A stretch of DNA of 19,427 nt, from assembly GCA_031960885.1 (NCBI GenBank), contig JAVRLY010000025.1, positions 1 through 19,427 of the forward strand, given 5' to 3'. The position numbers were made by a program, and so were the translations under genes. The notes under the pieces were generated by a model that saw only the letters and a list, made by a program, of their open reading frames with translations, had not been told where the DNA came from and did not search any database. How positions within the stretch are numbered: position 1 is the stretch's first letter; each line of letters begins with the position of its first letter. Below, piece by piece: positions 7,685-18,000 of this stretch. The stretch is from Desulfurella sp. Its GTDB lineage: Bacteria; Campylobacterota_A; Desulfurellia; Desulfurellales; Desulfurellaceae.

Positions 7685-8051
7685 ACATATACCTCTCTTT
7701 GTAGTGTTCTTTTAGTTTTTCAAATTTTTTAATCTCCTTGTGAAAATTTTTGATGATTTCAATTTGTTTATTTTTCTCAACTTTTAGGTTTTCTATTATC
7801 TTTTGAATATTTTTTATTTCAAATTCTAAAGCCATTATGCATTCAGCGATGTATGTTAAAATATTAAAATCTAGCTTTATTTGAATTTGATTATCAAATC
7901 GTTTCTGCAGTACTTTTATTTGGTCATTTAAATCACTCAATTTTTGAGTGTTTTGTTTGATTTGGTTGTTTATTTGGTTTAATCTTAGTATTTCAATATT
8001 CATTAAATTTTCTTTTAGATTTTTTATTTTTTCAAACTGAAAAATAAACAT
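7614..8051 (-). CDS. fliJ: Flagellar export protein FliJ
   Basis: 145 aa coiled coil starting MFIFQFEKI, with a KKFEKLKE...EEKLKEQNFIND C-terminal pattern. Abuts fliI. Confidence 0.8.
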   Translation of the reverse strand: MFIFQFEKIKNLKENLMNIEILRLNQINNQIKQNTQKLSDLNDQIKVLQKRFDNQIQIKLDFNILTYIAECIMALEFEIKNIQKIIENLKVEKNKQIEIIKNFHKEIKKFEKLKEHYKERYMYEEKLKEQNFINDINTIFYNRNT

Positions 8052-9353
8052 TTATTCCACTACTTGCTTTAATATTTCGATTATTTGAGAAAATTCGTGT
8101 GATTCATCTACACCTTGAATTAAAAATTCATTGATTTTATTTATTACCCTTAAACTTGCATCAATATCTGGGTTTGAGCCTACCGAATATGCACCGATAT
8201 TTATTAAATCTTCTGCTTGTTCATATACAGATAGATGCTTTCTTAATTTATTTGCTAATTGTTTGTGTTGATCATCTATTATAGATGGCATAAGTCTTGA
8301 TACGCTTCTTAAAACATCTATAGCTGGGTAGTGGTTTTTTTCGGCAATTTTTCTTGACAGCACAATGTGGCCGTCCAAAATAGATCGTGCAGTATCGGCT
8401 ATTGGTTCATTAAAATCATCTCCATCAACCAAGACAGTATAAATCGCTGTTATGCTACCTTTCTTGAATTTTCCTGGTATCTCCATTAGTCTTGGCAAAA
8501 GCGAAAATACACTTGGAGTGTAGCCTTTCATCGTTGGGGGCTCGCCTATGGCTAAACCGATTTCTCTTTGTGCCATTGCAAACCTTGTTACTGAATCCAT
8601 CATAAACATTACATCAAGTCCTTGATCGCTAAAAAATTTAGCAATTGCGCTGGCAAGGAAAGCGCCCTCTCGCCTTAGTAGTGGTGCTTCATCGCTTGTA
8701 GCAACCACAACCACGCTTTTTTTTAAACCTTCTTCTTGCAAATCTTTTTCTATAAATTCCCTTACTTCTCTGCCGCGCTCACCAATTAATGCAATTAAAT
8801 TAACATCAGCTTTTGCTTTCTTTGCAATCATGCCAAGCAGTGTTGATTTACCCACGCCACTTCCAGCAAATATTCCTATTCTTTGACCTTTTCCAAGTGT
8901 TAATAGTGCATCAATAGCTTTTATTTTTGTTACAATTGGTTCATTGATTATCTCGCGCATCATTGGATCTATTGGTTTTGGATAAAGCGGGTAGTGTTTT
9001 TCAATCAATATTGGGCCTTTGGAATCAATAGGTTTGCCTAGCGCATTGAGAATTCTTCCAAGCATATTTTTACCAACGCCAACTTTTAGCCCTTTTGAAG
9101 TTGAGCGCACATTACTTTCAAGCTTTATGCCATCCATATTACCAAGTGGCATAAGTACTACATTTTTATCTCTAAAACCAACTACTTCTGCCTCAATAAA
9201 TCCATTATCGTTTTCTATAAAGCACAAATCACCTACTTTTATATTACTTGGGCCAGTTGATACTATTGTTAGGCCAATTACTTCCTTTATTTTGCCGCAA
9301 TTGACTATAAAATTATTGTTTTCTAATAGTTGTTTTATTTTGTTATGATTCAT
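8052..9353 (-). CDS. fliI: Flagellum-specific export ATPase FliI
   Basis: Walker A GIFAGSGVGKS, LIGERGREV, MDSVTRFAMAQREIGL, GEPP..GY, DGHIVLSR, YPAIDVL.S.SR. Confidence 0.97.
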   Translation of the reverse strand: MNHNKIKQLLENNNFIVNCGKIKEVIGLTIVSTGPSNIKVGDLCFIENDNGFIEAEVVGFRDKNVVLMPLGNMDGIKLESNVRSTSKGLKVGVGKNMLGRILNALGKPIDSKGPILIEKHYPLYPKPIDPMMREIINEPIVTKIKAIDALLTLGKGQRIGIFAGSGVGKSTLLGMIAKKAKADVNLIALIGERGREVREFIEKDLQEEGLKKSVVVVATSDEAPLLRREGAFLASAIAKFFSDQGLDVMFMMDSVTRFAMAQREIGLAIGEPPTMKGYTPSVFSLLPRLMEIPGKFKKGSITAIYTVLVDGDDFNEPIADTARSILDGHIVLSRKIAEKNHYPAIDVLRSVSRLMPSIIDDQHKQLANKLRKHLSVYEQAEDLINIGAYSVGSNPDIDASLRVINKINEFLIQGVDESHEFSQIIEILKQVVE

Positions 9354-9978
9354 TTATCAAACTGCGTTTTAATTCTTCTAATTTTGTATTAATACTCGCA
9401 TCTATAATATTTGAATCTTCTTCAATTATTATGCTTCCCATTGCTAAAGTGGGATCACCTATGATTTGAATATTTTCAAATTCATTTTCTATCTGTTTTG
9501 CCTGATCTAAATTTAATTTTATTTTAAGTTTTTCAGATTTTGCAAATGATAATGATTTTTTTATTAAGTTTTTTATTGTATCGGGATTCTGTATTTCTTT
9601 TTCAATTATTTTTTGTGCAATATCAATTGAAATATTAACAATATCTTTTTCAATTTGACCAATAGTATTTTTTAATTCATTTAATTTGTTATCAAACGCT
9701 TGAATTGACTTTTGTAGTAATGCATTTATACTTGATAACTTTAATTCGTATTCGTTTTTTAAATTGGTAATTTGTTGTTCAAAAGTATTTGTTATTTCAG
9801 TTTTAGATTTTTCATATCCTTCACTAAAAGCTTTTTGATAAATTTTATCAATATCTGGTGTTGTTTGGTTTGAAGGTTCGTTTTTTAGTTCTTTTTGTTT
9901 TGTTTGTTCATTATCAATTTCTTTTTTGGGTTGATCAAATTCTTCTAACACAAATTCTTCTATAGTAAATTTTTTCAT
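9343..9978 (-). CDS. fliH: Flagellar assembly protein FliH
   Basis: 211 aa between fliG and fliI, with a coiled coil and a C-terminal IIGDPTLAMGSIIIE...IDASINTKL FliH-type motif. Confidence 0.85.
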   Translation of the reverse strand: MKKFTIEEFVLEEFDQPKKEIDNEQTKQKELKNEPSNQTTPDIDKIYQKAFSEGYEKSKTEITNTFEQQITNLKNEYELKLSSINALLQKSIQAFDNKLNELKNTIGQIEKDIVNISIDIAQKIIEKEIQNPDTIKNLIKKSLSFAKSEKLKIKLNLDQAKQIENEFENIQIIGDPTLAMGSIIIEEDSNIIDASINTKLEELKRSLINES

Positions 9979-11006
9979 TCAACTACTTCCTCGCCACCAC
10001 CACTTATTGAAATTACTCCTTCTTCATCAAGACGCCTTACAACATCGACAATAGCTTTTTGTGCACGTTCAACATCTTTTACTTTTACAGGACCCAAAAA
10101 ATCCATTTCTTCTTTCAATGTTTCGGCTGCTCTATTTGACATATTCGAGAAGAATTTTTTGCTTAGCTCTTCTGGCGCACTTTTTAGGGCAATTGTTAGG
10201 TCTTTTTTGTCAATATGTTTTAGGATTTCTTGTATATCGGAATTGGATAGCTTTATAATGTCTTCAAATACAAACATCATATCGCGTATTTTGCTGGCAA
10301 GATCGGGGTTTTTTTCGGCAATTTGATCTACTAAAGATTTTGATTCTGCTCTGCCCATTCGATTTATAATTTCAGATACAGTTCTTATACCGCCAATTTC
10401 TACATTGCTGCCACTTAAGTCTTCCATTTTAGTTTCCAACATTTCAGAAACGCGCTTCACAACGCTAGGTGATATATTTTCAAGAGAAGCCATTCTAAAC
10501 ACAATATCAATCTGATTTTCTTTTGGCAACAAAGATAAAACTTCGGCTGACTTAGATTGGTCAAGGTGAGAAAGTATTACAGCTATAATTTGTGGGTGCT
10601 CGTTTTGTATAAATTTTACTAATTGTTTTGAATCAATATTTTCTAAGTAACCAAAGCCTACATTAGACTCCAACAATTTTACCAATTTATCAATGATTCT
10701 TCTTGCTTCTTCTGGTCCTAGTGTTTTTATTAACAAATCTTTAGCATACTCTATGCCACCTGTTGCTGCGTATTCTTTTGCTTTTAACATTTGATAAAAT
10801 TCTCTCACGACTGCTTTTGATATTTCTGGGTTTATTTTTTTCATGAGTGCTATTTCACGGCTAATGGCTTCTATTTCATTTTTACTTAAATTTTTAAATA
10901 GTTTTGAAGACAACTCTTCTCCTAGTGCTACAGACAAAATGGCAGCTTTTTGATAAGGCGTTAAATCATTAATTGAGTTAATGGCTGAGGATGATTGTGC
11001 GCACAT
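9975..11006 (-). CDS. fliG: Flagellar motor switch protein FliG
   Basis: QKAAIL, GGIEYA, EHPQ, MFVFEDI, NMSNRAA, GPVKVKDVERAQ. GAGG SD upstream. Confidence 0.97.
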   Translation of the reverse strand: MCAQSSSAINSINDLTPYQKAAILSVALGEELSSKLFKNLSKNEIEAISREIALMKKINPEISKAVVREFYQMLKAKEYAATGGIEYAKDLLIKTLGPEEARRIIDKLVKLLESNVGFGYLENIDSKQLVKFIQNEHPQIIAVILSHLDQSKSAEVLSLLPKENQIDIVFRMASLENISPSVVKRVSEMLETKMEDLSGSNVEIGGIRTVSEIINRMGRAESKSLVDQIAEKNPDLASKIRDMMFVFEDIIKLSNSDIQEILKHIDKKDLTIALKSAPEELSKKFFSNMSNRAAETLKEEMDFLGPVKVKDVERAQKAIVDVVRRLDEEGVISISGGGEEVVE

Positions 11007-11016
11007 TTGGATAACC

Positions 11017-12684
11017 TCACTTTGAAGAAATATAAGCTTTTAAAATTGCTGAAGCTTCTTCTGGATTTTTTTCTACTTCTTCTTTAAGTTTCTTTTCTAT
11101 AACTTTATCTTTTAGTGTTTGTTCATCTAATAAATTTTCACTATCAAGTTCTTTTGATATTTCATCTTCTAAATCCCTAATACTTTTGCCTTCTATTTTT
11201 GATTCTACCCCACCTTGTGCATAAGCTTTAGCAGCTTGAGATTGCTCGTAGGCAATGCTACCTTTTTTATAAGATGATATATTTCTGATAAATTTTCTTA
11301 AAAACAATGCGTAAAATAGAAGCAATAAAATTATGCTTAGTAGATATTTTAATAACGGATAATATTGACTTAGACTTGACATCACATTCACCTGTTTTGG
11401 TTTTGTGCTTTCAAATTGCATATTGACAACGCTTATTGTATCGCCACGTTTTGGATCAAAACCGATGGCTTGTTCTACAGTTTTTTTGATATCTGACATC
11501 TGAGCAGGCGATAGTGGCACATAATTATCTTTTTTTGTTTTTTTATCGTATTTATAGTTCCCATCGACGATAACGGCAGCACTAACGCGTTTTATTTTAA
11601 CAAGTGGCTCAATTGTATTTGTTTCAGTTTGGCTAATTTCATAATTAGTTGTGTTTTTTGTTTTTTCGCTTGTTAGAGGACCTTGTTGATTTGTAGTAGT
11701 TTGTGGTGCGGTTGAAGATGGTGCAGTAGTGGTTTGTGTGGTTGTAGATGGAGCGTTTGCTCCAACATTTGATATAACACCTGGTATTCCACCGCTAGAT
11801 TGTGCCCAATTTTTTTCTTCTTCTGATTGTTCGCTTCTTACAACACTATTTGGGTCATATTTAATGCTCTTTTGCGTAACTTTGCTTAAATCCAAATCCA
11901 CATTGACAGTCGTTACAACTTGATTTTCTCCTACAATTGGCAAAAGTAATTCTTTAATCTTTCGTGCGTATTCTTTTTCAATTAACTGTTTGTATTGGAG
12001 TTCACTACTTGCAATTGTATCTTCTGAGTTCTCTTTTTTAGAAATTAGATTACCATTTGAGTCAACTATCGTTACATTGTCTGGTGATAAATTTGGTACA
12101 CTTGCTGCAACCAATTTTTGTATTGCATATACTTGAGCATTACTAATTGGCGAATTTAGCTTTAATACTATAGAAGCCGTAGGAGGCTGTTCTTTATCAA
12201 CAAAAACAGAAGGTTTTGGTATGGCAAGATTTACACGAGCAGAATCCACGCTTGAGATATTTTCAATTGTGCGTGTTAATTCACCCTCAAGCGCTCTTGT
12301 ATAGTCTACATTTTCTAGAAAGTTTGTCATGCTCAAATTTTGTTTGTCAAATATCTCAAAACCTACAACTCCTCCGCTTGGCAAACCTTTTGATGCTAAA
12401 TCTAATCTTAATTTATATACGGAATCTCTTGGTACTTCAATTGTATTGCCGCCAACAATTTTGTATGGTATTTTTTGCTGATCCAAATAGTTTGTTATAC
12501 TTGAAGCATCTTTGTCGCTTAAATTAGAAAACAACACGGCATAATTTATGCGAGAACCAATCAAAAAAATCAACATTAAAACGCCAATTAAACCAACAAA
12601 CGATGAAAACAAAACCATCCTTTGTTTTTTTGACATCTTATTATAGAAATTCTTTATTTCTTCAAGAAATTTTTTAATGTCCAT
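11017..12684 (-). CDS. fliF: Flagellar MS-ring protein FliF
   Basis: N-terminal TM, LFSNLS..DA, GFEIFD, RALEGELTRTI, ARVNLAIP..SVF, PTASIVL, GGIPGV.SN, NYEIS, GFDPKRGD, C-terminal TM. Confidence 0.97.
   Translation of the reverse strand: MDIKKFLEEIKNFYNKMSKKQRMVLFSSFVGLIGVLMLIFLIGSRINYAVLFSNLSDKDASSITNYLDQQKIPYKIVGGNTIEVPRDSVYKLRLDLASKGLPSGGVVGFEIFDKQNLSMTNFLENVDYTRALEGELTRTIENISSVDSARVNLAIPKPSVFVDKEQPPTASIVLKLNSPISNAQVYAIQKLVAASVPNLSPDNVTIVDSNGNLISKKENSEDTIASSELQYKQLIEKEYARKIKELLLPIVGENQVVTTVNVDLDLSKVTQKSIKYDPNSVVRSEQSEEEKNWAQSSGGIPGVISNVGANAPSTTTQTTTAPSSTAPQTTTNQQGPLTSEKTKNTTNYEISQTETNTIEPLVKIKRVSAAVIVDGNYKYDKKTKKDNYVPLSPAQMSDIKKTVEQAIGFDPKRGDTISVVNMQFESTKPKQVNVMSSLSQYYPLLKYLLSIILLLLFYALFLRKFIRNISSYKKGSIAYEQSQAAKAYAQGGVESKIEGKSIRDLEDEISKELDSENLLDEQTLKDKVIEKKLKEEVEKNPEEASAILKAYISSK
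11693..11755 (-). repeat. Imperfect 33/30-bp tandem duplication in fliF encoding a Thr/Ser/Pro-rich linker
   Basis: GTAGTAGTTTGTGGTGCGGTTGAAGATGGTGCA followed by GTAGTGGTTTGTGTGGTTGTAGATGGAGCG. Protein APSTTTQTTT-APSSTAPQTTT. Confidence 0.6.
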
Positions 12685-12700
12685 ATAATAAATTCTAAAC

Positions 12701-12991
12701 TTAAACTTGCATATTCATAATTTGATTGTATGCTTGAACTGCCTTGTTTTTAACCTCCAATAAAAGTCTCATAGATATGTCTGCTTTTTCTATTGCCATA
12801 ACAGCATCTTGTATATTATCCATTTTTCCTGTAGCAATTTCTTTTATTGCATTATCTGCTGTTTGTTGCAATGTATTGACATCGTTTAGTGATTTAGAGA
12901 GTAGGTCAGCGAAACTCGAATTATCTTTTTTTGCATTGTTGTCATTTAATGGGTTTGGTATATTATTTGATACTAATGAATCGATTTTCAT
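12701..12991 (-). CDS. fliE: Flagellar hook-basal body protein FliE
   Basis: SFADLL, VMAIEKADISMRLLLEVKNKAVQAYNQIMNMQV. Start moved from GTG 13000 to ATG 12991 because AGGTGG lies 5 nt upstream of it. Confidence 0.95.
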   Translation of the reverse strand: MKIDSLVSNNIPNPLNDNNAKKDNSSFADLLSKSLNDVNTLQQTADNAIKEIATGKMDNIQDAVMAIEKADISMRLLLEVKNKAVQAYNQIMNMQV

Positions 12992-13008
12992 AACAACCAC
13001 CTAAACAA

Positions 13009-13036
13009 ATAATATAACATTTTTTCAAAAAATCAA
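13009..13036 (-). promoter_or_regulatory. Putative internal sigma70 promoter upstream of fliE
   Basis: Minus strand TTGATT (13036-13031, overlapping the flgC TGA), 16 nt, TATTAT (13014-13009), in the gap between flgC and fliE. Confidence 0.5.
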
Positions 13037-13437
13037 ACACTTAATACACTAATTATACTTTGTGCCATTTGTTTTCCAGCATTAAATGCTGAAATATTTG
13101 CCTGATAAGAATTTGTTGCATCAAGTAGATTTACCATCTCAACAATTGGGTTAATATTTGGATATGCAACGTAGCCTTTAGAGTTTGCTAAAGGGTTTGA
13201 TGGATCATAAACCAATTTTGGTGGCGTATCGTCGCGAACAACATCCGCTACTTTTACGCCTTCTAAATATTTTGAGAATTTTTCGCTTTCAAAAACCACA
13301 TCTTTTCTCTTATATGGTCCGCCTTCTGGTGTAGTTATAGTATTTGCATTTGCAATGTTGCTTGCAATAAGGTCTAATCTTAATCTTTGAGCTTCCATAC
13401 CACTTGATGCAACAGCCAAACTACCAAAAAAACTCAT
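13033..13437 (-). CDS. flgC: Flagellar basal-body rod protein FlgC
   Basis: SGMEAQRLRLDLIASNIANANT, GGPYKRK, YDPSNPLA..GYVAYPNIN...EM, SYQAN. Confidence 0.97.
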   Translation of the reverse strand: MSFFGSLAVASSGMEAQRLRLDLIASNIANANTITTPEGGPYKRKDVVFESEKFSKYLEGVKVADVVRDDTPPKLVYDPSNPLANSKGYVAYPNINPIVEMVNLLDATNSYQANISAFNAGKQMAQSIISVLSV

Positions 13438-13440
13438 CTT

Positions 13441-13833
13441 TTATGCTCCTTGTGATGATGAAATGATATTTTTGTATTCACTAAATTTATATTTTGCAAA
13501 GGCACTTAAAGCGTTGTATAGTATTTGATTTTTAGCTAAAGCCGCTTCTTGTTGAGTAAGGTTAACATTGTTTTTATCGTTTCTTTCATTATATAAATTT
13601 GATTTTTCTACGACAATTTTATTTTCAAGATTTTCTTGCGGGTTCATATCATTTGCATGCGTAATGTATAATGGTAATTCATTTTCGTTTAAAAAATCAC
13701 TAAATTTAACGATTTTTTCTTTGTAATTAGGTGTGTCAATATTTGCAATATTGCTTGCTATTACATTTTGTCTAATTGATGCTACATCCATGCCAAACTG
13801 TATGTAGTTTATTGTTTGGTCATTAAAAAACAT
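13441..13833 (-). CDS. flgB: Flagellar basal-body rod protein FlgB
   Basis: RQNVIASNIANIDTPNYK, RNDKNNVN, KNQILY. Start placed at ATG 13833 (MFFND) with GGAGG 6 nt upstream, rather than at the ORF-track start 13872. Confidence 0.95.
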   Translation of the reverse strand: MFFNDQTINYIQFGMDVASIRQNVIASNIANIDTPNYKEKIVKFSDFLNENELPLYITHANDMNPQENLENKIVVEKSNLYNERNDKNNVNLTQQEAALAKNQILYNALSAFAKYKFSEYKNIISSSQGA

Positions 13834-13867
13834 AAGCAACCTCCAAAAGCATCCTTGATAAATTATT

Positions 13868-13884
13868 AGCAAAAATTGTTCTCA
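13868..13884 (-). promoter_or_regulatory. Degenerate sigma54 (-24/-12) promoter candidate for flgB
   Basis: Minus strand TG-AG-AACAATTTTT-GC-T. Exact N10 spacing and TTTGC at -12, but AG replaces the canonical GG at -24. Overlaps the activator's TGA stop. Confidence 0.45.
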
Positions 13885-15021
13885 AATACCATGAAGGAAT
13901 ATATCATCTTTAATAATAAAGTCTTGTCTTGATAAAATAATTGCGCGTTCAATGGTATTTTCTAGTTCTCTAACATTGCCTGGCCAGGAATAATCTAAAA
14001 GTATTTCTAATGCTTCTTTTGAAATGCCTTTTATGCTTTTTTGGAATTTTTTAGAATATTTTTTGAGAAAGAAATCCGCTAAATATGGGATATCTTCTTT
14101 TCTGTCTCTTAGTGGACTTAAAAAAATGGGAAATACACTTATTCTGTAAAATAAATCTTCCCTAAAAAGACCTTTTTTTGCTTGCTCTTTTAAATCTCTG
14201 TTTGTTGTACATATTATACGCGTATCAATTTCAATACTTTGCGTTGAACCTAACCTGTCAACTACTTTTTCTTGTAAAACCCTTAGTAGCTTTGCTTGGA
14301 GCTCAAGTGGCATTTCGCTAATCTCATCTAATAGCAAAGTGCCTTTGTTTGCTTGTTCAAATTTGCCTTTATACGATTTTATAGCACCGCTGAAAGCGCC
14401 TTTTTCATAACCAAATAGCTCTGATTCTAAAAGTGTAGATGGTATGCTTGCACAATTAATGCTCACAAATTTTTCTTTGTTGCGGTTTGAAAACTTATGA
14501 ATGAGTTTTGCAATGACTTCTTTTCCTGTGCCTGTTTCTCCACTAAGCAATACCGTAGCATCGGTTTTCGCTACTTTTTTTACTAACTCAAGGGTTTCTT
14601 GCATCTTTTGGCTTTTAAACACAAACTCACTATCTTCAATAGTTTCTTGTATGGTTTGAAAAGCATTGTAGTTAGAAGATAAAGAGATGATTTTTTCAAT
14701 TGTATCTTTGTTAAAAGGTTTAACAATAAAATCGAAAGCGCCAAGTTTAATTGCTTCAACAGCTGTTTCAATTGTGCCAAATGCTGTCATTATAACAAAT
14801 GGTATGCTTATGTTTTTTTCTTTTATGCGTTTTAAAAGCTCTATGCCGCTTACTTTGGGCATTTTTAAATCGCTTAAAATTAAATCAAATTGCTCTTTTT
14901 TAAGCAGACTAAGAGCTTCATTTGCATTTTGAGCCAGTATGCACTCATGCGATAAGTGTTTTAGTGTAGAAGATAGTGCCAATCTTAATTGTTCATCATC
15001 ATCTACAACTAAAACTTTCAT
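13882..15021 (-). CDS. Sigma54-dependent response regulator (receiver + AAA+, no C-terminal HTH), FlgR-like flagellar activator
   Basis: Receiver (VVDDD, SDLKMP, MTAFG, VKPF), Walker A GETGTGKE, NCASIP, ESELFGYEKGAFSGA, LLLDEI, FREDLFYRI, WPGNVRELEN. Ends about 20 aa later at 379 aa. Confidence 0.9.
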   Translation of the reverse strand: MKVLVVDDDEQLRLALSSTLKHLSHECILAQNANEALSLLKKEQFDLILSDLKMPKVSGIELLKRIKEKNISIPFVIMTAFGTIETAVEAIKLGAFDFIVKPFNKDTIEKIISLSSNYNAFQTIQETIEDSEFVFKSQKMQETLELVKKVAKTDATVLLSGETGTGKEVIAKLIHKFSNRNKEKFVSINCASIPSTLLESELFGYEKGAFSGAIKSYKGKFEQANKGTLLLDEISEMPLELQAKLLRVLQEKVVDRLGSTQSIEIDTRIICTTNRDLKEQAKKGLFREDLFYRISVFPIFLSPLRDRKEDIPYLADFFLKKYSKKFQKSIKGISKEALEILLDYSWPGNVRELENTIERAIILSRQDFIIKDDIFLHGI

Positions 15022-18000
15022 TTATTTTCTCCCTTGTGTTTATCGCCATTTAAATCAAGCAAATATGCTGGCAACGTAATTGTGCGCTTTATTATATCAA
15101 GTAATCCTTTACTAATGCTTTCAAATGGCACTGGATAGACATTAAGCTTTCCATCAAGGTAGCCATCTACTCTAAAACTCAAACCAGTAAAGCTTTTTTC
15201 TTTACCGCCTAAAATATGGCCTATAATTGGTATATAAGAAATAAGTCTATTAATAAAAGTAAATGTAGTTATCATAAATAGGGCATTTGTATGGTAGTTG
15301 GTTAAATTCACATTACCATTGATAAATAAATTGTTAGAAGTGCCTTTTACCGTTAGAGGTTTAGCAGTTGTTAGAACACCATTTTCAAGTTTAAAAATGC
15401 CTACCATCTTGTCAAAATAAAAGCCTTCTTTCAAGTTAATTTGTCCTGTAATTAAACCAAGTATATCAGCAAGAGACAATATTTTGTAAATATCTGGAAA
15501 GTCTTTAATATTGCCATTTTCTGATACAAATTTTATGTTGCCTGTTAAATGTTTGACATCTATTGTATTTTCAGATGGTGATTGAAGTGTAGCATTAAGC
15601 GTGGTAATCGTAGGTTTTTTTGTTTTGCTTTGAATATAGTGAGAAAAGATATATGAATCTTTGGCATTAATGTTGATTGTGTTTTTGTCCATTGATATAT
15701 TTATCGTTGTTTGTGGCGCTTGTACAATAAGCATGCGTTTTTTTGCAAGCTCTAATTGTGTATTTACATTGTTAAAAACAAATGGTCTTGTGTCTTCTAT
15801 TACAAGCTCATCTATGTGGGCGCGAGCAAATATTGAAGCATTTGGAATTTTAAATTGAAAATCACCAATATAGCTTTTTGTTTTACTGGGCGTTTTTTTG
15901 ACGATAAATTTTTTGCTTGATGCATCCAAATTTATAATTAATGGCTCAATATTTACGCTGCCATTAAAGCTTACAGGGTTGTCCAACACAAGTGCATATC
16001 CGTCTGTTAGTTTAGCGTAGTTTTTGTCAAATTGAATGTGTACAGATTTCACGACAAAATCATTATTATAGATTAAATTGCTTACTGCTAAATTGTCGCA
16101 AAAGATGTATTGAATTTTTTTGTTTTCTAAACCTAATTTTACATTACCATTGAGCGTAGCTTCACTTACAGGCAGATTTAGTAGGTTTTTAATACGTGAA
16201 ATCAAAAAATTATTGAATGCAATACTACCATGAAAGGCTTTTGCTTTTGTATTGTATAGACCAATAATTTGCAGATTACCATCTAACTTTATGGGGTTAA
16301 AGCTCAACAAACCATTTTTGTAATAGCCTTTTGCTGAAATGCTATCTACGCCAAATCCACTTTCTTTGAATAGTTTTTTTCCTTCAATATGTGAGTTGAA
16401 GTTGATTTGCTCACTATTGCCCCAGATAGATGAGGGTTTTATTGTAACGCTTGTTGTAGGCAAATACTTTTTGTTAATCTTAAGATAAGAGATATTTTCT
16501 ATATCGTTTGGCTGCAATTTTCCACTAAATAAAGCGTTGTACTCTATGCCATGTAGGTGCTCAATATAGCCACTTACATTAATAAAAGAACCATCTGTTT
16601 TAACAGTTAAATTATTGGCGCTTACCTTTATCGCTTGATTTTTTCTTTGAATGTCAAATTTGCCAATTAAATTAATGGGCGTTTTTGATATTCTTTTATC
16701 AATAAAGTTTAAATTTGAATCAATATTTACATTGAAATCAAAATGGGGCAAACTATGCCAGTAGTAATTTTTAATATCAACTATACAGTTTAATTTACCT
16801 CTAATATTTGTAGCATAATCAATGTATTTTAAGTCCGATGGGCTTAGCAATGCAATGTGCAAAAAGTCTTCGGTATTTTTTGTAAACTCACCCTTTAAAA
16901 CTAAATGCATATTTGCTGGGTAGTCTTTTTTTCTAGCAATAACAAGCTTTGAATTTACTAAATTAATTTTATCACTAACCCCAGTGCCTTTAATAATGAC
17001 ATTTTTTGGTGTTATATCAATATTTGCTTGTGTTATTTCAAGAGGGTATGTACCTTTTTCTACTATAAATTTAGTATTGTAAGCTATTAGATTTCCAGTT
17101 TTAATGATGTTTTCTTTATCCTTAACAAAGCCGCTGAATGTTACTTTATTTGCTTTCAATTTTCCAGATATAATATATTCTTTAATGTGTTTGCTAAATA
17201 ATGGTTTTAGTGCAGTGTAGTCTATAAATGGCGTTTGCAAGAATCCATTTACGTAAGTATTTTGAAAATTTTTTGTGTCTAGTTTACCATCTGCATTAAA
17301 TAAAAAACCGCCTGCCTTTGCTTTGACAATATAGTGTTGATTATTTTTATTGTACTTAAAGTTAATTATAGGGTTTGTTATTTTGAGATGTGCAATACTT
17401 ATTTCACTGCAGTTTGCTGTGCCATCAAAGTTTGTTGTATTTAGTTTTAATGTTGAGTTTTTGCAAACAATTTCATTATTTTTGTAAATGATATGCGCTA
17501 CATTTAGATAAAGCATATTGTTTTTTAAATGAGCGGATGGTTTTTCAAATAAAAAGCCTTTGTAGTTTATTGCGCTTACTTCTATTTGTCCAGATTGTGG
17601 TTCTAAGTTGTTTTTCAGTTTTAAACTAAGCGTCAAGTTTGAATTGTTTATAGGCTGTAGGTACGAAGGTAAACCTTTAGATGAAAATTTTTTTATATTT
17701 AGATTAATGTTAAGGTTTTCTGGATTTATATTGCCACTTAACTCAATAGGGTTTTTATTGACAGCGCCTATAAATGAAAAGGCATTATGTTTTTTGTCGG
17801 AACTTAACACTAAATTAAGTGTGCCACTTACACTGTAATTGTTATATAGCGCATTTAAGTGGGCAATATCAATAGAAATAGGAAGGGGCTTTATAATAGT
17901 TTGGGTTTTAGGTGCTTTTTTTTGTGGCGGATACATGCAAATATTGAGATTTTGTATATTTAGACGACCAAAAGAAGGTTTTTTTGAGATTAATTCACTC

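Noticed and set aside
7614..12684. Non-flagellar type III secretion injectisome
   Set aside because: flgB, flgC, fliE, full-length fliF and fliG identify a flagellar basal-body cluster.
13834..13872. N-terminal extensions in the ORF track (flgB from 13872, fliE from 13000, dsbC-like from 19136)
   Set aside because: The extensions run through SD or promoter elements; downstream ATGs have properly spaced SD sequences.
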